Below, in pieces: positions 51,012 through 61,258 of a stretch of DNA of 64,000 nucleotides. The notes below the pieces were generated by a model, which saw only the letters and a program-made list of their open reading frames with translations, did no database searches and was not told the DNA's origin. Location of the stretch: the IMG/VR virus record IMGVR_UViG_3300020371_000002; one strand, written 5' to 3'. The translations under genes and the position numbers were made by a program. The stretch's first letter is position 1; each line of letters starts with the position of its first letter. This DNA is from a virus. Lineage: Duplodnaviria; Caudoviricetes.

Positions 51012-53777
51012 ATGGCTAGACAGGGAATATTCACTGGATTTACGCCGAATGATGGTCTGGGAGATTCCCTCGCATCTGGTGCAGTAAAAGTAAACGCCAA
51101 TTTCCAAGAGATCTATGACACTTTTGGAGACGGTACAAACCTAGATGCCAACGCGGGTGCAGGCGGTACTTGGTCAAAGGCTGGTATTAATGGTATTACC
51201 ACTAACAAGTACGTCGGCATCGGAACGGATGCTCCTAGATCCGCATTGGACATTGAAGGTGATGTAAATATCGTCGGTGTTGCAACTGGTACATTCAAAG
51301 GAGATGGATCAGGTCTTACAGGTGTTACTGCAATCGGTCAAGGTGTTGTCTTAAAAGATGACGGCGTATTGATCGGTGTTGCACAAAGTATTAACTTTAC
51401 AAATAGAATTAAGGTAGGTAATGTCTTCGGTGGAAACGCAGAGGTTTTCGCAGAAGACTTTGTTTCTTATGCAAACGTTGCAGGTTTCGCAACTTACTCA
51501 CCTGTTGCTGGTTACTCTACAATCACAGACTATGCAACTAATGCAGGAGTCGCAACCTACGCTGTCTCTGCGGGGATTGTAACCTTCGCCACACGCGCTG
51601 GCATCGTTACCTATTCAGGTGCTTCAGGAGTCGCCACCTACGCAGGAGAGGCGTCCTACGCACCTCTGGCAGGTCTCTCCTCATACACACCACTTGCGGG
51701 TCTCTCGACCATGGCAGGGTACGCCCACACCGCAGGCATTGCGACCGTGGCGTCTAACCTGACAGGTACTCCTTCAATTGTAATTGATAACATCAACTCT
51801 GCGATTGGTATCGTAACGATGCCAGGTCAAGGCAGTAAGATGCGTTTTGACTTTGACTCTACTCTTGATATGCCAGCTGCGGCATCATGGAGAGGGATGT
51901 TTGCCTTCGCAAACAACTCACAACAAGCATACGTCTCTTATGGTACTACCGTTGGTGGATACCAAGGTTGGAGAAGAATGCTCGTTGAGGACCAATACGG
52001 TAACTATCAGACCTCAGGTATCTTAACTGCATCCACATTCTTCGGTGATGGTTCTGGTCTTACGAATCTCCCTGCTGCGAGTAACATTTGGACACAGAAT
52101 GGAACTGGTATTCATACCATGTCCAATGTTGGTATTGGAACAACCAATGCTGAGGAGAAACTGACTGTCCGTGGCAACCTCAAGATGTACGGGCAGATCG
52201 ATGCGACTGCAACCAACAACAAAATCCCATTCCTTTATACAACATATAATCAACTTCAAGTAACCAGTCCAACTGATTACCATGGTGCGATTGGTCATGT
52301 ACATGAGTATGGAAATCTATACTTTGCTCATGCAGGTGCATGGGTAGAACTCGTACACAGAGCAGCAGATAGAACTGTAGGTACATCCACAGACAACTAT
52401 GTCGTTGGTGTTCTTACTGCAACCACACTGTATGGTGATGGTTCTAACCTGACTGGAGTAAGTGGTGGAATCGGATCAAACGGCAGTATCAATACAACTG
52501 GTATCATTACTGCTGGTCAATTCGTTGGTGATGGTTCTGGACTAACTGGTGTCACTGCAACAGGTTCTGGTGTTGTCATTCAAGAAGAAGGTTCGAATGT
52601 CGGCACAGCAGCAACACTTAATTTCGTTGGCGCTGCAGTAACAGCGACTCTCTCTGGTGGTGTTGCAACAATCGCAATCACAGACACTCAAGGTAGTGGC
52701 GGTGGTGCATCAACATCATTTGCAGATGACGTTGGACTGAACTTCGGTGATGGTAACGACTTAGAAATCAAACATAATGGTGATAGTTTCATTACCGATA
52801 AAGGTAGTGGTCAACTTTACATCACAGGTAACTCCGTAGTTCTCAGATATGGAGATAACGTTTCCGCTTCTACCTGTTTAGAAACTAAAGCAAACGGAAG
52901 CGTTCAAGTTGCTGGTATTCTTTCTGCAACTGGTGGTTATCGAGGTGACCTTTGGATTGAAGAATCTGTTGATGATAATACAACATACAATGTTATGTTG
53001 CTTGGTGAAGGTGGAGGCGGTAATGCCTACAGACCAGCAATGGTTGACAATAGTGGTTTGACCTTTAATCCAGGCACAAACACTCTTGCTTGTTCCATCT
53101 TCCAAGGTCAGACAAATGCATCTCAGTTATACACAGGTACAATTCCTGATGCAAGATTCCCTTCCGTCCTTCCTGCCGTTGATGGTTCTCAGTTAACCAA
53201 CTTACCTAGTAGTGGTGGAGGCGGCACTGTAGGACTCGGAAGTACCACTCAAAACATCAATACTACTGGTATCATCACCGCTTCAAGTTTTGTTGGTGAT
53301 GGTTCTGGACTGACTGGAGTTACTGCAGTTGGATCTGGTATTGAGATTAAAGATGATAATGTTCTGGTTGGTGTTGCAGCAACAGTTAACTTCGGAGAAG
53401 GCATTGATGTATCGCCAGTATCTGCAGGTGTTGTTACTGTTACCAATGCAGGAGCTCTTGCAGGAGTTACAACGTTCACTGCGATTGCAGGAACAGCACA
53501 AGTGATTGATTCTTTCTCGGCGTCTTCTTACTCTGGTGGTGAATACACATTCACTGTTGGATTAGGAACATACAGACAAATGCAGAAACTTATGATTATG
53601 CATGATGGAACAACAGCGTTCTATCAAGAGTTTGCGATTATGTCTTCACCAACATTGATTGGTGAGTTCTCGGCTACTAATAACTCGGGAACTATTGAAG
53701 TAAAACTCACTCCAGAAACAGGAATATCTGGAACTACTACATGTCGTTACACTAAAAACTTACTGGCGGGGATCTGA
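51012..53777 (+). CDS. Tail fiber-like structural protein
   Basis: NDGLGDSL..GA.KVNANF.EIY N-terminus, repeated GDGSGLTGV, NVGIGTT, Gly/Thr-rich. Confidence 0.85.
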   Translation: MARQGIFTGFTPNDGLGDSLASGAVKVNANFQEIYDTFGDGTNLDANAGAGGTWSKAGINGITTNKYVGIGTDAPRSALDIEGDVNIVGVATGTFKGDGSGLTGVTAIGQGVVLKDDGVLIGVAQSINFTNRIKVGNVFGGNAEVFAEDFVSYANVAGFATYSPVAGYSTITDYATNAGVATYAVSAGIVTFATRAGIVTYSGASGVATYAGEASYAPLAGLSSYTPLAGLSTMAGYAHTAGIATVASNLTGTPSIVIDNINSAIGIVTMPGQGSKMRFDFDSTLDMPAAASWRGMFAFANNSQQAYVSYGTTVGGYQGWRRMLVEDQYGNYQTSGILTASTFFGDGSGLTNLPAASNIWTQNGTGIHTMSNVGIGTTNAEEKLTVRGNLKMYGQIDATATNNKIPFLYTTYNQLQVTSPTDYHGAIGHVHEYGNLYFAHAGAWVELVHRAADRTVGTSTDNYVVGVLTATTLYGDGSNLTGVSGGIGSNGSINTTGIITAGQFVGDGSGLTGVTATGSGVVIQEEGSNVGTAATLNFVGAAVTATLSGGVATIAITDTQGSGGGASTSFADDVGLNFGDGNDLEIKHNGDSFITDKGSGQLYITGNSVVLRYGDNVSASTCLETKANGSVQVAGILSATGGYRGDLWIEESVDDNTTYNVMLLGEGGGGNAYRPAMVDNSGLTFNPGTNTLACSIFQGQTNASQLYTGTIPDARFPSVLPAVDGSQLTNLPSSGGGGTVGLGSTTQNINTTGIITASSFVGDGSGLTGVTAVGSGIEIKDDNVLVGVAATVNFGEGIDVSPVSAGVVTVTNAGALAGVTTFTAIAGTAQVIDSFSASSYSGGEYTFTVGLGTYRQMQKLMIMHDGTTAFYQEFAIMSSPTLIGEFSATNNSGTIEVKLTPETGISGTTTCRYTKNLLAGI

Positions 53778-53780
53778 TCA

Positions 53781-56003
53781 ATGAGTATTAGCACAGAAAA
53801 AACTAACGTTCTCGATAGGACTAACCTTACAGTCGTTCCAGAAGGAACAGGTGAAAAGGAATACTTTGTTGGGTGCTATACTAAGGAAGACTGGGAACAC
53901 ATCCATAAAGTTTTACTGGAAGATGGGACACTGGAAGACAATATTCCACCTGGCGCTAAAGTATGTGAGTATGAATGTGGACATAGTGATACGAGAGCAT
54001 CCTACATGCTTGATGATGCAGAGGCAGCTGCACTGCGTAATCATCCCAAAGTAAAATATGTGAATCTAAATTATGATACTTATGCAGGAACCTTCCATCC
54101 CGACCCAGATGATCTTAACTGTAACGTACAGAGACTACCTAGGTTCGGAAAAAATGTTTTAAATTACAGAGCCTTTAATACAGCTCCAGCAACACCTAGT
54201 CGCAACAGAGTCAGTTTAGGTTCTAGTGATCTTAATAGAACTGGGTATCAACTCCTAAGACATACTCAAAAAGAAAATCCATGGGATGCAACAGGTGCCG
54301 AGTATGCTGGTGGAACCAGATCGGGAGCTGATCACCAAATTCTTGAAAGAGATATCTATCAACTCGGTGATGGAACTGGTGTAGACGCCATTGTAAATGA
54401 TGATGGTTTCTTTATTGCACACCCAGAATTTGTTAATTGTTCAACAGATCCAGTAGGATACCAAACAGGAAATGTATTGACATGGAGTGGTATATCTACA
54501 ACACCAGGCACATGTGGTGTTCTAGACTTGGTTCTGGATGCACCTTATTATATCGACCCAGACTTTTTCAATGCATCTCCAAGCACTAGACTGACACAAC
54601 GTTGGGATGGAACAACAGTTCCTGTTGAGTCAGCAGCGAGATCATGGTGGTCTGATTCTGCTCAAAGATCTGTAGGATTCTCTACTATTGGTACAGTATC
54701 TGGTATTAGTACCTCTTACACAAGAGCATATTGCAACGGTAGTAATATTGACAGACCAACTAACAACTCCAATCATGGCACACAATGTGCTGGACAAGTA
54801 TTTGGTAAAAACTATGGTGTTGCTTACAACTGCAACAAATGGGTATTGAATGGTATTGGTAATGGAAATGCTGGAATCAATGGTGGAATTTTTGATGTTC
54901 AAAAACTATTCCACTTATACAAACCAAACTACGATAGACACTCTGCAAATAACGGAAACCAACAAAACCCAGATAAGAACCCAACACTCTCAGCTAATAG
55001 TTGGGGGTATAGAAGTGACAGTCATGATAATGGTGGATACTATTGGTATAGACCAGAAACAATAGATGGATCAATTGAAGGTACAGGATACACTGGTGGT
55101 ACTGGCGAACCAGCTTTCTTTGAAATTGTGGGACAAGAAGGTGATGGTGGTAGAATGAAAGGTGAAATGGTAGATAGTTCTGTCACTCAAGCAGGACTAG
55201 AGTTAGCAGAAGCAGGAGTTATTTGGGTTGTTGCTGCAGGAAACTCTGGACAAACTCAAACAAGCCCTGAAGATCCAGACTTTAATAATTACTGGGCCAC
55301 AACTAGTCAAGGTAACGGTCGGTCTTTAGAAACTGCAACTCATACTGAATTTGGATTGACATGTTATAACACTATCAATAGAAGAGGATGGCCACAGTCA
55401 TTAGGTAAAACTACATCTGGTTTATCTACTGCTGGAACTGAATATCCAGCAATCAATGTAGGTGCATTGGACGATCAAATATCCTTAGGTGGAAGAAGTT
55501 CAAATAATATCAATCCAACAATCAACAATACAGATTATAAAGAATGTATCGTATCCTATTCTGACAGGGGAACTGGTATTGATGTTTATGGTGCTGCTGA
55601 TGATACTATCACAGCAGATGGTTATCAATTCCGCACTACAACCAGTGCTTGGGAACACCCAGAACAATACGATGGTCTTACTGAACCAGCTCTTGATATA
55701 GATTTTGGAGGAACTAGTTCTGCATGTCCTACTGTATCTGGATGGTTGACAACTAAATTACAGTATAATAGAGGTTGGACTTGGAGAGATATTAAAGCAT
55801 GGTTGCAGAATTCTTGTGGAACACAAGACCCATCAAGATTCTACTATGGTCCAGATGTTACTGGAATCTCAAGCACAAGCACTCAATGGGATGACTTCCA
55901 CTCCCTCAACATGTATGGTCAAGGCCCAGTTGTTATCTGGGATGCACCAACAGGTTCACCCACAGAACCACAAAGACCCGAATTGACCTTCGGTTCTGAA
56001 TAA
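53781..56003 (+). CDS. Subtilisin-like (S8) serine protease, probably virion-associated
   Basis: Triad motifs VDAIVNDDG, HGTQCAG, FGGTSSACP; oxyanion AAGN; propeptide-like N-terminus. Confidence 0.85.
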   Translation: MSISTEKTNVLDRTNLTVVPEGTGEKEYFVGCYTKEDWEHIHKVLLEDGTLEDNIPPGAKVCEYECGHSDTRASYMLDDAEAAALRNHPKVKYVNLNYDTYAGTFHPDPDDLNCNVQRLPRFGKNVLNYRAFNTAPATPSRNRVSLGSSDLNRTGYQLLRHTQKENPWDATGAEYAGGTRSGADHQILERDIYQLGDGTGVDAIVNDDGFFIAHPEFVNCSTDPVGYQTGNVLTWSGISTTPGTCGVLDLVLDAPYYIDPDFFNASPSTRLTQRWDGTTVPVESAARSWWSDSAQRSVGFSTIGTVSGISTSYTRAYCNGSNIDRPTNNSNHGTQCAGQVFGKNYGVAYNCNKWVLNGIGNGNAGINGGIFDVQKLFHLYKPNYDRHSANNGNQQNPDKNPTLSANSWGYRSDSHDNGGYYWYRPETIDGSIEGTGYTGGTGEPAFFEIVGQEGDGGRMKGEMVDSSVTQAGLELAEAGVIWVVAAGNSGQTQTSPEDPDFNNYWATTSQGNGRSLETATHTEFGLTCYNTINRRGWPQSLGKTTSGLSTAGTEYPAINVGALDDQISLGGRSSNNINPTINNTDYKECIVSYSDRGTGIDVYGAADDTITADGYQFRTTTSAWEHPEQYDGLTEPALDIDFGGTSSACPTVSGWLTTKLQYNRGWTWRDIKAWLQNSCGTQDPSRFYYGPDVTGISSTSTQWDDFHSLNMYGQGPVVIWDAPTGSPTEPQRPELTFGSE

Positions 56004-56031
56004 TAAATAATAGTAAAAGGCGTCATTAAAA

Positions 56032-56778
56032 ATGGGATCTAAGTCTTTCGGAATAAAACAGATGGGTATTGTCGGAGCAGGCAATACCTCTGTCCTCGGA
56101 TCTAATGCTGATCTAAAACTGAACGCTACTGGACAGGTTGCAATCACCACCAACACTACTGTTTCTGGTGTAGTAACTGCAACAGCCTTTGTAGGTGATG
56201 GATCTGCATTAACCAATCTCCCAGGCGGAGGAGGCGGAGGTAGTTATGGTAACTCTGATGTTGATACACATCTCAATACCAGCAGTGCTTCTTCTGGGGA
56301 GATCCTAAGTTGGAATGGAAGTGACTATGACTGGGTTGCTGATCAGACTGGAGGTGGCAGTGTACCTGAAAACCTTACTGCAACAACTTTAAACGTTTCT
56401 GGAATTACAACTTCTGGTAGTTTTGTTACTGATCTCATTACAGCAGATGGAACTGGTAGAGGATTCTGTACCAGATATTATGTGACTGCAAACGGTGCTT
56501 CTGCATATCGTTTTGCTGGTCCTGGCCAAAGAAATAGTGTAGACAATCCAACTCTCTATTTGATGAGAGGATTTACATACATGTTTGAGAACTCTACTGG
56601 TGCTTCACACCCATTCCGTATTCAATTCACAGGAACAAGTACAGGTGTTGGAACATATGTCAGTGGAGATCAGAACGGAATACAGATATTCACAATCCCC
56701 CATGACGCACCAGCAAGTTATGAATATGTGTGTACCATCCATGGTGGTATGAAAGGTTCTTTCGTAATCCCTAGTTAA
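56032..56778 (+). CDS. Fiber-associated protein with a C-terminal cupredoxin-like domain
   Basis: GDGSALTNL; NPTLYL.RG..Y.F, HPF.I, YVCTIHGGM.G. Confidence 0.7.
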   Translation: MGSKSFGIKQMGIVGAGNTSVLGSNADLKLNATGQVAITTNTTVSGVVTATAFVGDGSALTNLPGGGGGGSYGNSDVDTHLNTSSASSGEILSWNGSDYDWVADQTGGGSVPENLTATTLNVSGITTSGSFVTDLITADGTGRGFCTRYYVTANGASAYRFAGPGQRNSVDNPTLYLMRGFTYMFENSTGASHPFRIQFTGTSTGVGTYVSGDQNGIQIFTIPHDAPASYEYVCTIHGGMKGSFVIPS

Positions 56779-56782
56779 TAAT

Positions 56783-57379
56783 ATGTCACCACTAGCATTT
56801 GGAATGGGAAAATCAAGGGGAACTCCCTTTGATGAGGCTATATTCTATAGTAATCACCTAGTCTTTAACTTCAATTGGACCAATGGTCGTGACCTTGACA
56901 TCATTGTCGAGTTCTTAGAACCCACTTTCTCTGGTCAATTGGGAGAAAGAAAGGGAGATACTATCGGTATTGGGACAACAGCCACTTTCATAGAATTTGG
57001 CGGAGATACATCTGATGATGAAAATTGTATGTCTCAATCCATTGTTGTGAACTTGGACACAATTAGAAACAACTTAACATTACCCAACAATAGAATCATT
57101 ATTGATCTTCGAGCAACGTGGTTCTCTGAGATTGGTACTGACCCAATCATCATTGATTGTGATGGATATGTGGGTGGCACAATGCTTTTGGATGGTGAAA
57201 CACCAAATGTGGATTGTAAGGGATTCTCTAACCCAACTGCTACCGATACATATATGGGATTCCGATCAACGACAGGTAAAAGTATAAACTATACTAATAG
57301 GGAAGACTCGGGTGCCAGACTAGCGAGAGCGATCGTTGACTTCTCTACATATAACCTAACGTTCATTGAAGACAGCTAA
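56783..57379 (+). CDS. Hypothetical structural protein
   Basis: W..GRDLDI...FGGD; late block. Confidence 0.6.
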   Translation: MSPLAFGMGKSRGTPFDEAIFYSNHLVFNFNWTNGRDLDIIVEFLEPTFSGQLGERKGDTIGIGTTATFIEFGGDTSDDENCMSQSIVVNLDTIRNNLTLPNNRIIIDLRATWFSEIGTDPIIIDCDGYVGGTMLLDGETPNVDCKGFSNPTATDTYMGFRSTTGKSINYTNREDSGARLARAIVDFSTYNLTFIEDS

Positions 57380-57430
57380 ATAATATGTCAACTTACTAAA
57401 TAAGCGCAGAGGTCCCCCTAGGAAATCTGT

Positions 57431-57928
57431 ATGAAAAAATTATTGCCTCTCGTTATGCTTCTGATGGCGGCACCAGCAAATGCCGATATTGTACATAGAT
57501 TGTCAACATCAACACAATTAACTGTTGATGCGGCAGCGTCCCAAGCCACAAGACTTGGATCAACTTATTCGGTATCTGGTAACAATATTTCAGTGACCAG
57601 TAATGGAACTTTTGGTGGTCTGACTGCACCTTCCAGTGCAACTGCAGCGGCTACACAAATTCAGGGTGCTTACGAACAGACCACTGCTGGCTCGGCATTC
57701 AGTTTCACAGAATCATTCACTTACGGCGATGCAATTCCTACTGGTACTACCGTAACTTCAGGCGTTGTACCTAGTTTGCCTGCATTTGGTTCAGTTACTA
57801 CTTCCTCTGGCGGCGTAGCTGGATCATTGGCTGGCACAATTACATCAGCAGGAGCAATCACACTAACAGCTGGCGGCGCAGGTACTAGTGCCACTGGCCA
57901 ATTCGTTTCTGAAGTTACCGTAAAATAG
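57431..57928 (+). CDS. Signal-peptide Ser/Thr/Gly-rich protein
   Basis: MKKLLPLVMLLMAAPANA signal; TAAATA late promoters at about 57377-57402. Confidence 0.75.
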   Translation: MKKLLPLVMLLMAAPANADIVHRLSTSTQLTVDAAASQATRLGSTYSVSGNNISVTSNGTFGGLTAPSSATAAATQIQGAYEQTTAGSAFSFTESFTYGDAIPTGTTVTSGVVPSLPAFGSVTTSSGGVAGSLAGTITSAGAITLTAGGAGTSATGQFVSEVTVK

Positions 57929-57957
57929 GTAATTGAAGAATCAACACGAGGTTCGAA

Positions 57958-58455
57958 ATGATCCGTTTTGGAAGGACAATTTGGTATACTGCAATGAGTG
58001 TGGTGGCAATCCTAAGTACAGGTGCCACCGCCCTGGCAGTCCCCGTTGTGCCAAACTTCACACAGGGCTCGATGACGAGCCGCACGGAAACTAACTCAAC
58101 CGTGACTGAGACTATTAATTCTATTGACTATAGGACAGGATGGGAATACACAGTGACAGGCGTGGGAGTGGACAACAATGGTTCACCCCTAAATCCGCCA
58201 GTGAATACATCAACAGTGACGGTAACAGCCGCACCAACAACAGCGTCGGACGGAGGAACAGTAACAGGTTCCGTAACAAGTTCGTTCGACTCATTAGATC
58301 TATCGAACAACGGTTCGTTTACAATAACAAATCCTGGTGGCCACTTCCAGTTCACTCAGAGCTACATGGGGCCAGGCATGACGAACCAAACAATAATCCA
58401 GCGCGTTACCACCATCGAGAGCGTAACAGACACAACGTCAACGTTCACACAATAG
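57958..58455 (+). CDS. Signal-peptide Thr-rich protein
   Basis: ALAVPVVPNFTQGSMTS...FQFTQSY.GPG. Confidence 0.75.
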   Translation: MIRFGRTIWYTAMSVVAILSTGATALAVPVVPNFTQGSMTSRTETNSTVTETINSIDYRTGWEYTVTGVGVDNNGSPLNPPVNTSTVTVTAAPTTASDGGTVTGSVTSSFDSLDLSNNGSFTITNPGGHFQFTQSYMGPGMTNQTIIQRVTTIESVTDTTSTFTQ

Positions 58456-59300
58456 GTAATGCAACAAAAAGAACGGCCGCTATTATCCTGGGTGGTGTTA
58501 CTATCTTTGGTAGCACTCCTGTTTTGGCTGAATCGGTAGGTGGCGTATCTGCAACAGCCAATCCAATCGCTAATAGTTCTGGCTCGGTGACCAACCAAGC
58601 TATTCAGGTTTTACAGGGCCCATATATTACTAACACATATGGCGGTGGAGTTCAGTGTCAAGGAAGCACATTGAACATCACCCCATATATCCAGTATGCT
58701 GATTCATGGAAGGATCCATGGGAGGACTTCTATATGGAGCCTCAATACGACATGAGAGACTTCGGTGGTAGAACGATTACTATAGAAAAACAAGTAGTCA
58801 ATCAACCATGGGAAAGTTGGTATGATACAAACTATGCTGATGGAGAAACAATAACTATTGAAGTGGAAGAGGATGTTGCGGATGGCGTGCCTGATAATCC
58901 TGGCGACATTATCTGGCATAAGCCAGTTCGCACAGATATGAAGTCAAACAATAGTTTGAACCTTGGTCTTTCTGCAACATGGAGTATTCCCATGAATAGG
59001 AAGTTCCAGAAACAATGCCACGAAGCAGCGGCAGCACAAATCTCTCAGGTGAAACAATTGACTGCCAATAAACGCCTTGATTTTGAGATAGCCAGGTTGA
59101 AAAATTGTGGCGAATTGATGAAGGCTGGCATCATGTTCCATCCCAAGAGCCCCTATGCGGTCATATGTGCTGACGTGGTAGTCACAACTCCTGCAGGACA
59201 ACTGATTCCACATACACACAATATTCCTAGACCAAATCCTCTCGATAAACCAGTTATCTCTGGAGATGCTACTTCTTTAGGGTCTTTCTCAATTCCCTAA
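58452..59300 (+). CDS. Signal-peptide protein (start codon unresolved)
   Basis: GGVSATANPIANSSGSVTNQAIQ...RLDFEIARLKNCGEL...FHPKSPY..ICADV; no canonical in-frame start near the signal peptide. Confidence 0.65.
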   Translation: MGNATKRTAAIILGGVTIFGSTPVLAESVGGVSATANPIANSSGSVTNQAIQVLQGPYITNTYGGGVQCQGSTLNITPYIQYADSWKDPWEDFYMEPQYDMRDFGGRTITIEKQVVNQPWESWYDTNYADGETITIEVEEDVADGVPDNPGDIIWHKPVRTDMKSNNSLNLGLSATWSIPMNRKFQKQCHEAAAAQISQVKQLTANKRLDFEIARLKNCGELMKAGIMFHPKSPYAVICADVVVTTPAGQLIPHTHNIPRPNPLDKPVISGDATSLGSFSIP

Positions 59301-60123
59301 TGGCTCTATTGCGATCTCTCTGAGCCATTTGTCTTTCGAATAGACTTAGTTTTTTATCTTCTTTACCTAATTTCTTCTTCACAGCACCAATTACCTTCTT
59401 CACAGTCGGTTTGACAACCTTTAGAAGAAGATCAGCAAGAGGTTTTGCAAGCAGTGCAGATGTAGTAGCGACCACGGCAATCGTTGCTGTTGTAGATACA
59501 ACGTTTGCGGCAGGCAGAAATTTCTCCACTACTGTTACAGGTTCCCATAAGGTAATACATTCAGTTTTACCTACGTTCCATTCATATCCTGCAACCTTTT
59601 CGTCACCACTCTGACTTAAATCACCAACCCTTCTGGCATTGTCAGGAGGGCATTTTTTTTCTGCGGTCTCTGCCCCTCCTGCATTAGGTGGTTTAGGAGG
59701 TTCAGGTACTGGAGGGGGATCCATATTGAGAGCCTCTGCCTCAGGTGCCTCAGGAGTAGGATATGTATATATCATCTCATATGGATTGTAATCAGGTGGA
59801 TTATAATAAGGAGCTCCACCATCACACAAAGTGATTGTGCCTTCAGGATCGTCTTGAGGAAGGACTTTATTCTTACTACGTTGTCTAGCGTTCTCTTTAT
59901 GTACGTTTACACAACCAGGAATATTTACAACAGGCGTTCCTATTGTAGTAACAACTGGAACTACAGGTGGAATTGCCTGAGGAGGTTGGTTCAAAACTGT
60001 CCCAATAGAATCTACATCCAGACTCTTAGAATCTAGATCTCTTGGAATGTTCCAAAGATGTGGACCATATATTTTAATGTCACGAATACCCGACGAGGGT
60101 AAAGATATATCAGGGATTTCCAT
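59269..60123 (-). CDS. Pro-rich conserved cyanophage membrane protein
   Basis: PVVNIPGCV..H, LCDGG.P.YNP, KPLADLLLKVVKP. Confidence 0.7.
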   Translation of the reverse strand: MEIPDISLPSSGIRDIKIYGPHLWNIPRDLDSKSLDVDSIGTVLNQPPQAIPPVVPVVTTIGTPVVNIPGCVNVHKENARQRSKNKVLPQDDPEGTITLCDGGAPYYNPPDYNPYEMIYTYPTPEAPEAEALNMDPPPVPEPPKPPNAGGAETAEKKCPPDNARRVGDLSQSGDEKVAGYEWNVGKTECITLWEPVTVVEKFLPAANVVSTTATIAVVATTSALLAKPLADLLLKVVKPTVKKVIGAVKKKLGKEDKKLSLFERQMAQRDRNRAIRELRKTLKK

Positions 60124-60358
60124 TTGGATTGGTTTTCAACTGTGGAGTCACCGTAGTCTGAGTTGGCATCTGATAATACAGTTGTCTATAGACTTCTTGT
60201 TTAACCAGTTCTCTTATCTCTTCTACTCTCTGCACTTCTCTTTTTTCTGGTCCACCAGTTACATTATCAATCACAGCGTTACCACCAACAGTGGCCCCAC
60301 CTGCAACTGCAACCACTGCTCCAGCTGTAGTAATTTGTTTTTGAAATGGAAAACTCAT
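60110..60358 (-). CDS. Hypothetical protein
   Basis: MSFPFQKQITTAGAVVAVAGG...; GGAG-like SD. Confidence 0.55.
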   Translation of the reverse strand: MSFPFQKQITTAGAVVAVAGGATVGGNAVIDNVTGGPEKREVQRVEEIRELVKQEVYRQLYYQMPTQTTVTPQLKTNPNGNP

Positions 60359-60600
60359 TTGTCTTTCCAACCTCCAGCCTTCAACCAATCTTCATAGTAA
60401 GGATTTTTCCATCCATCACTAATGTTATAAGACGGCATCACGACTTCTTTGATGTACCTACGATTTTCTTTTGCGATGTTGAGACTCTGAGTCTCTAAAT
60501 TTTTCACTCTACCATCCACTTGAGATGCCCACCATACGGCACCAGCACCCTGAACAAGTAGAAAAGATACAATAGCAAATGGAATTTTAAGGTCTTTCAT
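60355..60600 (-). CDS. Membrane-anchored hypothetical protein
   Basis: IPFAIVSFLLVQGAGAVWWASQVDGRV. Confidence 0.65.
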   Translation of the reverse strand: MKDLKIPFAIVSFLLVQGAGAVWWASQVDGRVKNLETQSLNIAKENRRYIKEVVMPSYNISDGWKNPYYEDWLKAGGWKDK

Positions 60601-60803
60601 TTTTCTTCAAAGTATTTGTTAATAACTTCTAGTCGTTCTTCTTCCTTTGCAATCAAATCAATTTGATCTTGAATTGCACCAAGAACATCTGGATGTTCAC
60701 CAATACCAACAGGATTGGCAAGGTAAACCTCAACATTCATCTTTGCTTTTTTAATGTTCCCAATGGCAAGTGCCTTGAGAGCTTCTAACATTTCTCTTCT
60801 CAT
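60597..60803 (-). CDS. Conserved T4-like hypothetical protein
   Basis: NVEVYLANPVGIGEHPD. Confidence 0.7.
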   Translation of the reverse strand: MRREMLEALKALAIGNIKKAKMNVEVYLANPVGIGEHPDVLGAIQDQIDLIAKEEERLEVINKYFEEK

Positions 60804-61258
60804 AATAGTGTTCCTTTTGCTCTACGAATTTCACGGAGTTCTTCAAAGTTTTTCTGCTTGGTTCCTCCGTCATATGCCCAGGCGTAACCTTCAGTAATCA
60901 TGTCTTCGTTGAGTGATACTGCGGCGTCTCCGATATATAACCAACCGAGGAGACGACCATACTTGCCGACACCACCAACAAGCTCAGTACGAATAATAAG
61001 ATCATCATCCCCAGAAACGGCGCTATTAAGTTTTTCCTTAAGCCAATTCGTCGCATCGATTCCTAATGCTTTTTCTTCCTTGTCCCTCGTCCTCTTCTCT
61101 GGCGTATCAACTCCTGCAACTCTAACTCTTTCTTTCTTGTATAGATCAAACCCGAGATCAATAGTAACGTCAATAGTATCGCCATCAACTACCCTGTTGA
61201 TCTCGATCACTCGGAAGTTGTAGCAACTCTTCCTGCTTGGCGGGGTCATCGCTCCCAT
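60800..61258 (-). CDS. Thermonuclease (SNase)-like endonuclease
   Basis: RVVDGDTIDV, RVRVAGVDTPE, GKYGRLLG. Confidence 0.88.
   Translation of the reverse strand: MGAMTPPSRKSCYNFRVIEINRVVDGDTIDVTIDLGFDLYKKERVRVAGVDTPEKRTRDKEEKALGIDATNWLKEKLNSAVSGDDDLIIRTELVGGVGKYGRLLGWLYIGDAAVSLNEDMITEGYAWAYDGGTKQKNFEELREIRRAKGTLL

Noticed and set aside
51012-56778. Diversity-generating retroelement acting on the fibers
   Set aside because: No reverse transcriptase and no template/variable repeat pair differing at adenines were seen.
58140-58451. N-terminal 104 aa of the 386 aa track ORF
   Set aside because: Overlaps the preceding gene in another frame and has no plausible protein character; likely an open-frame artefact.
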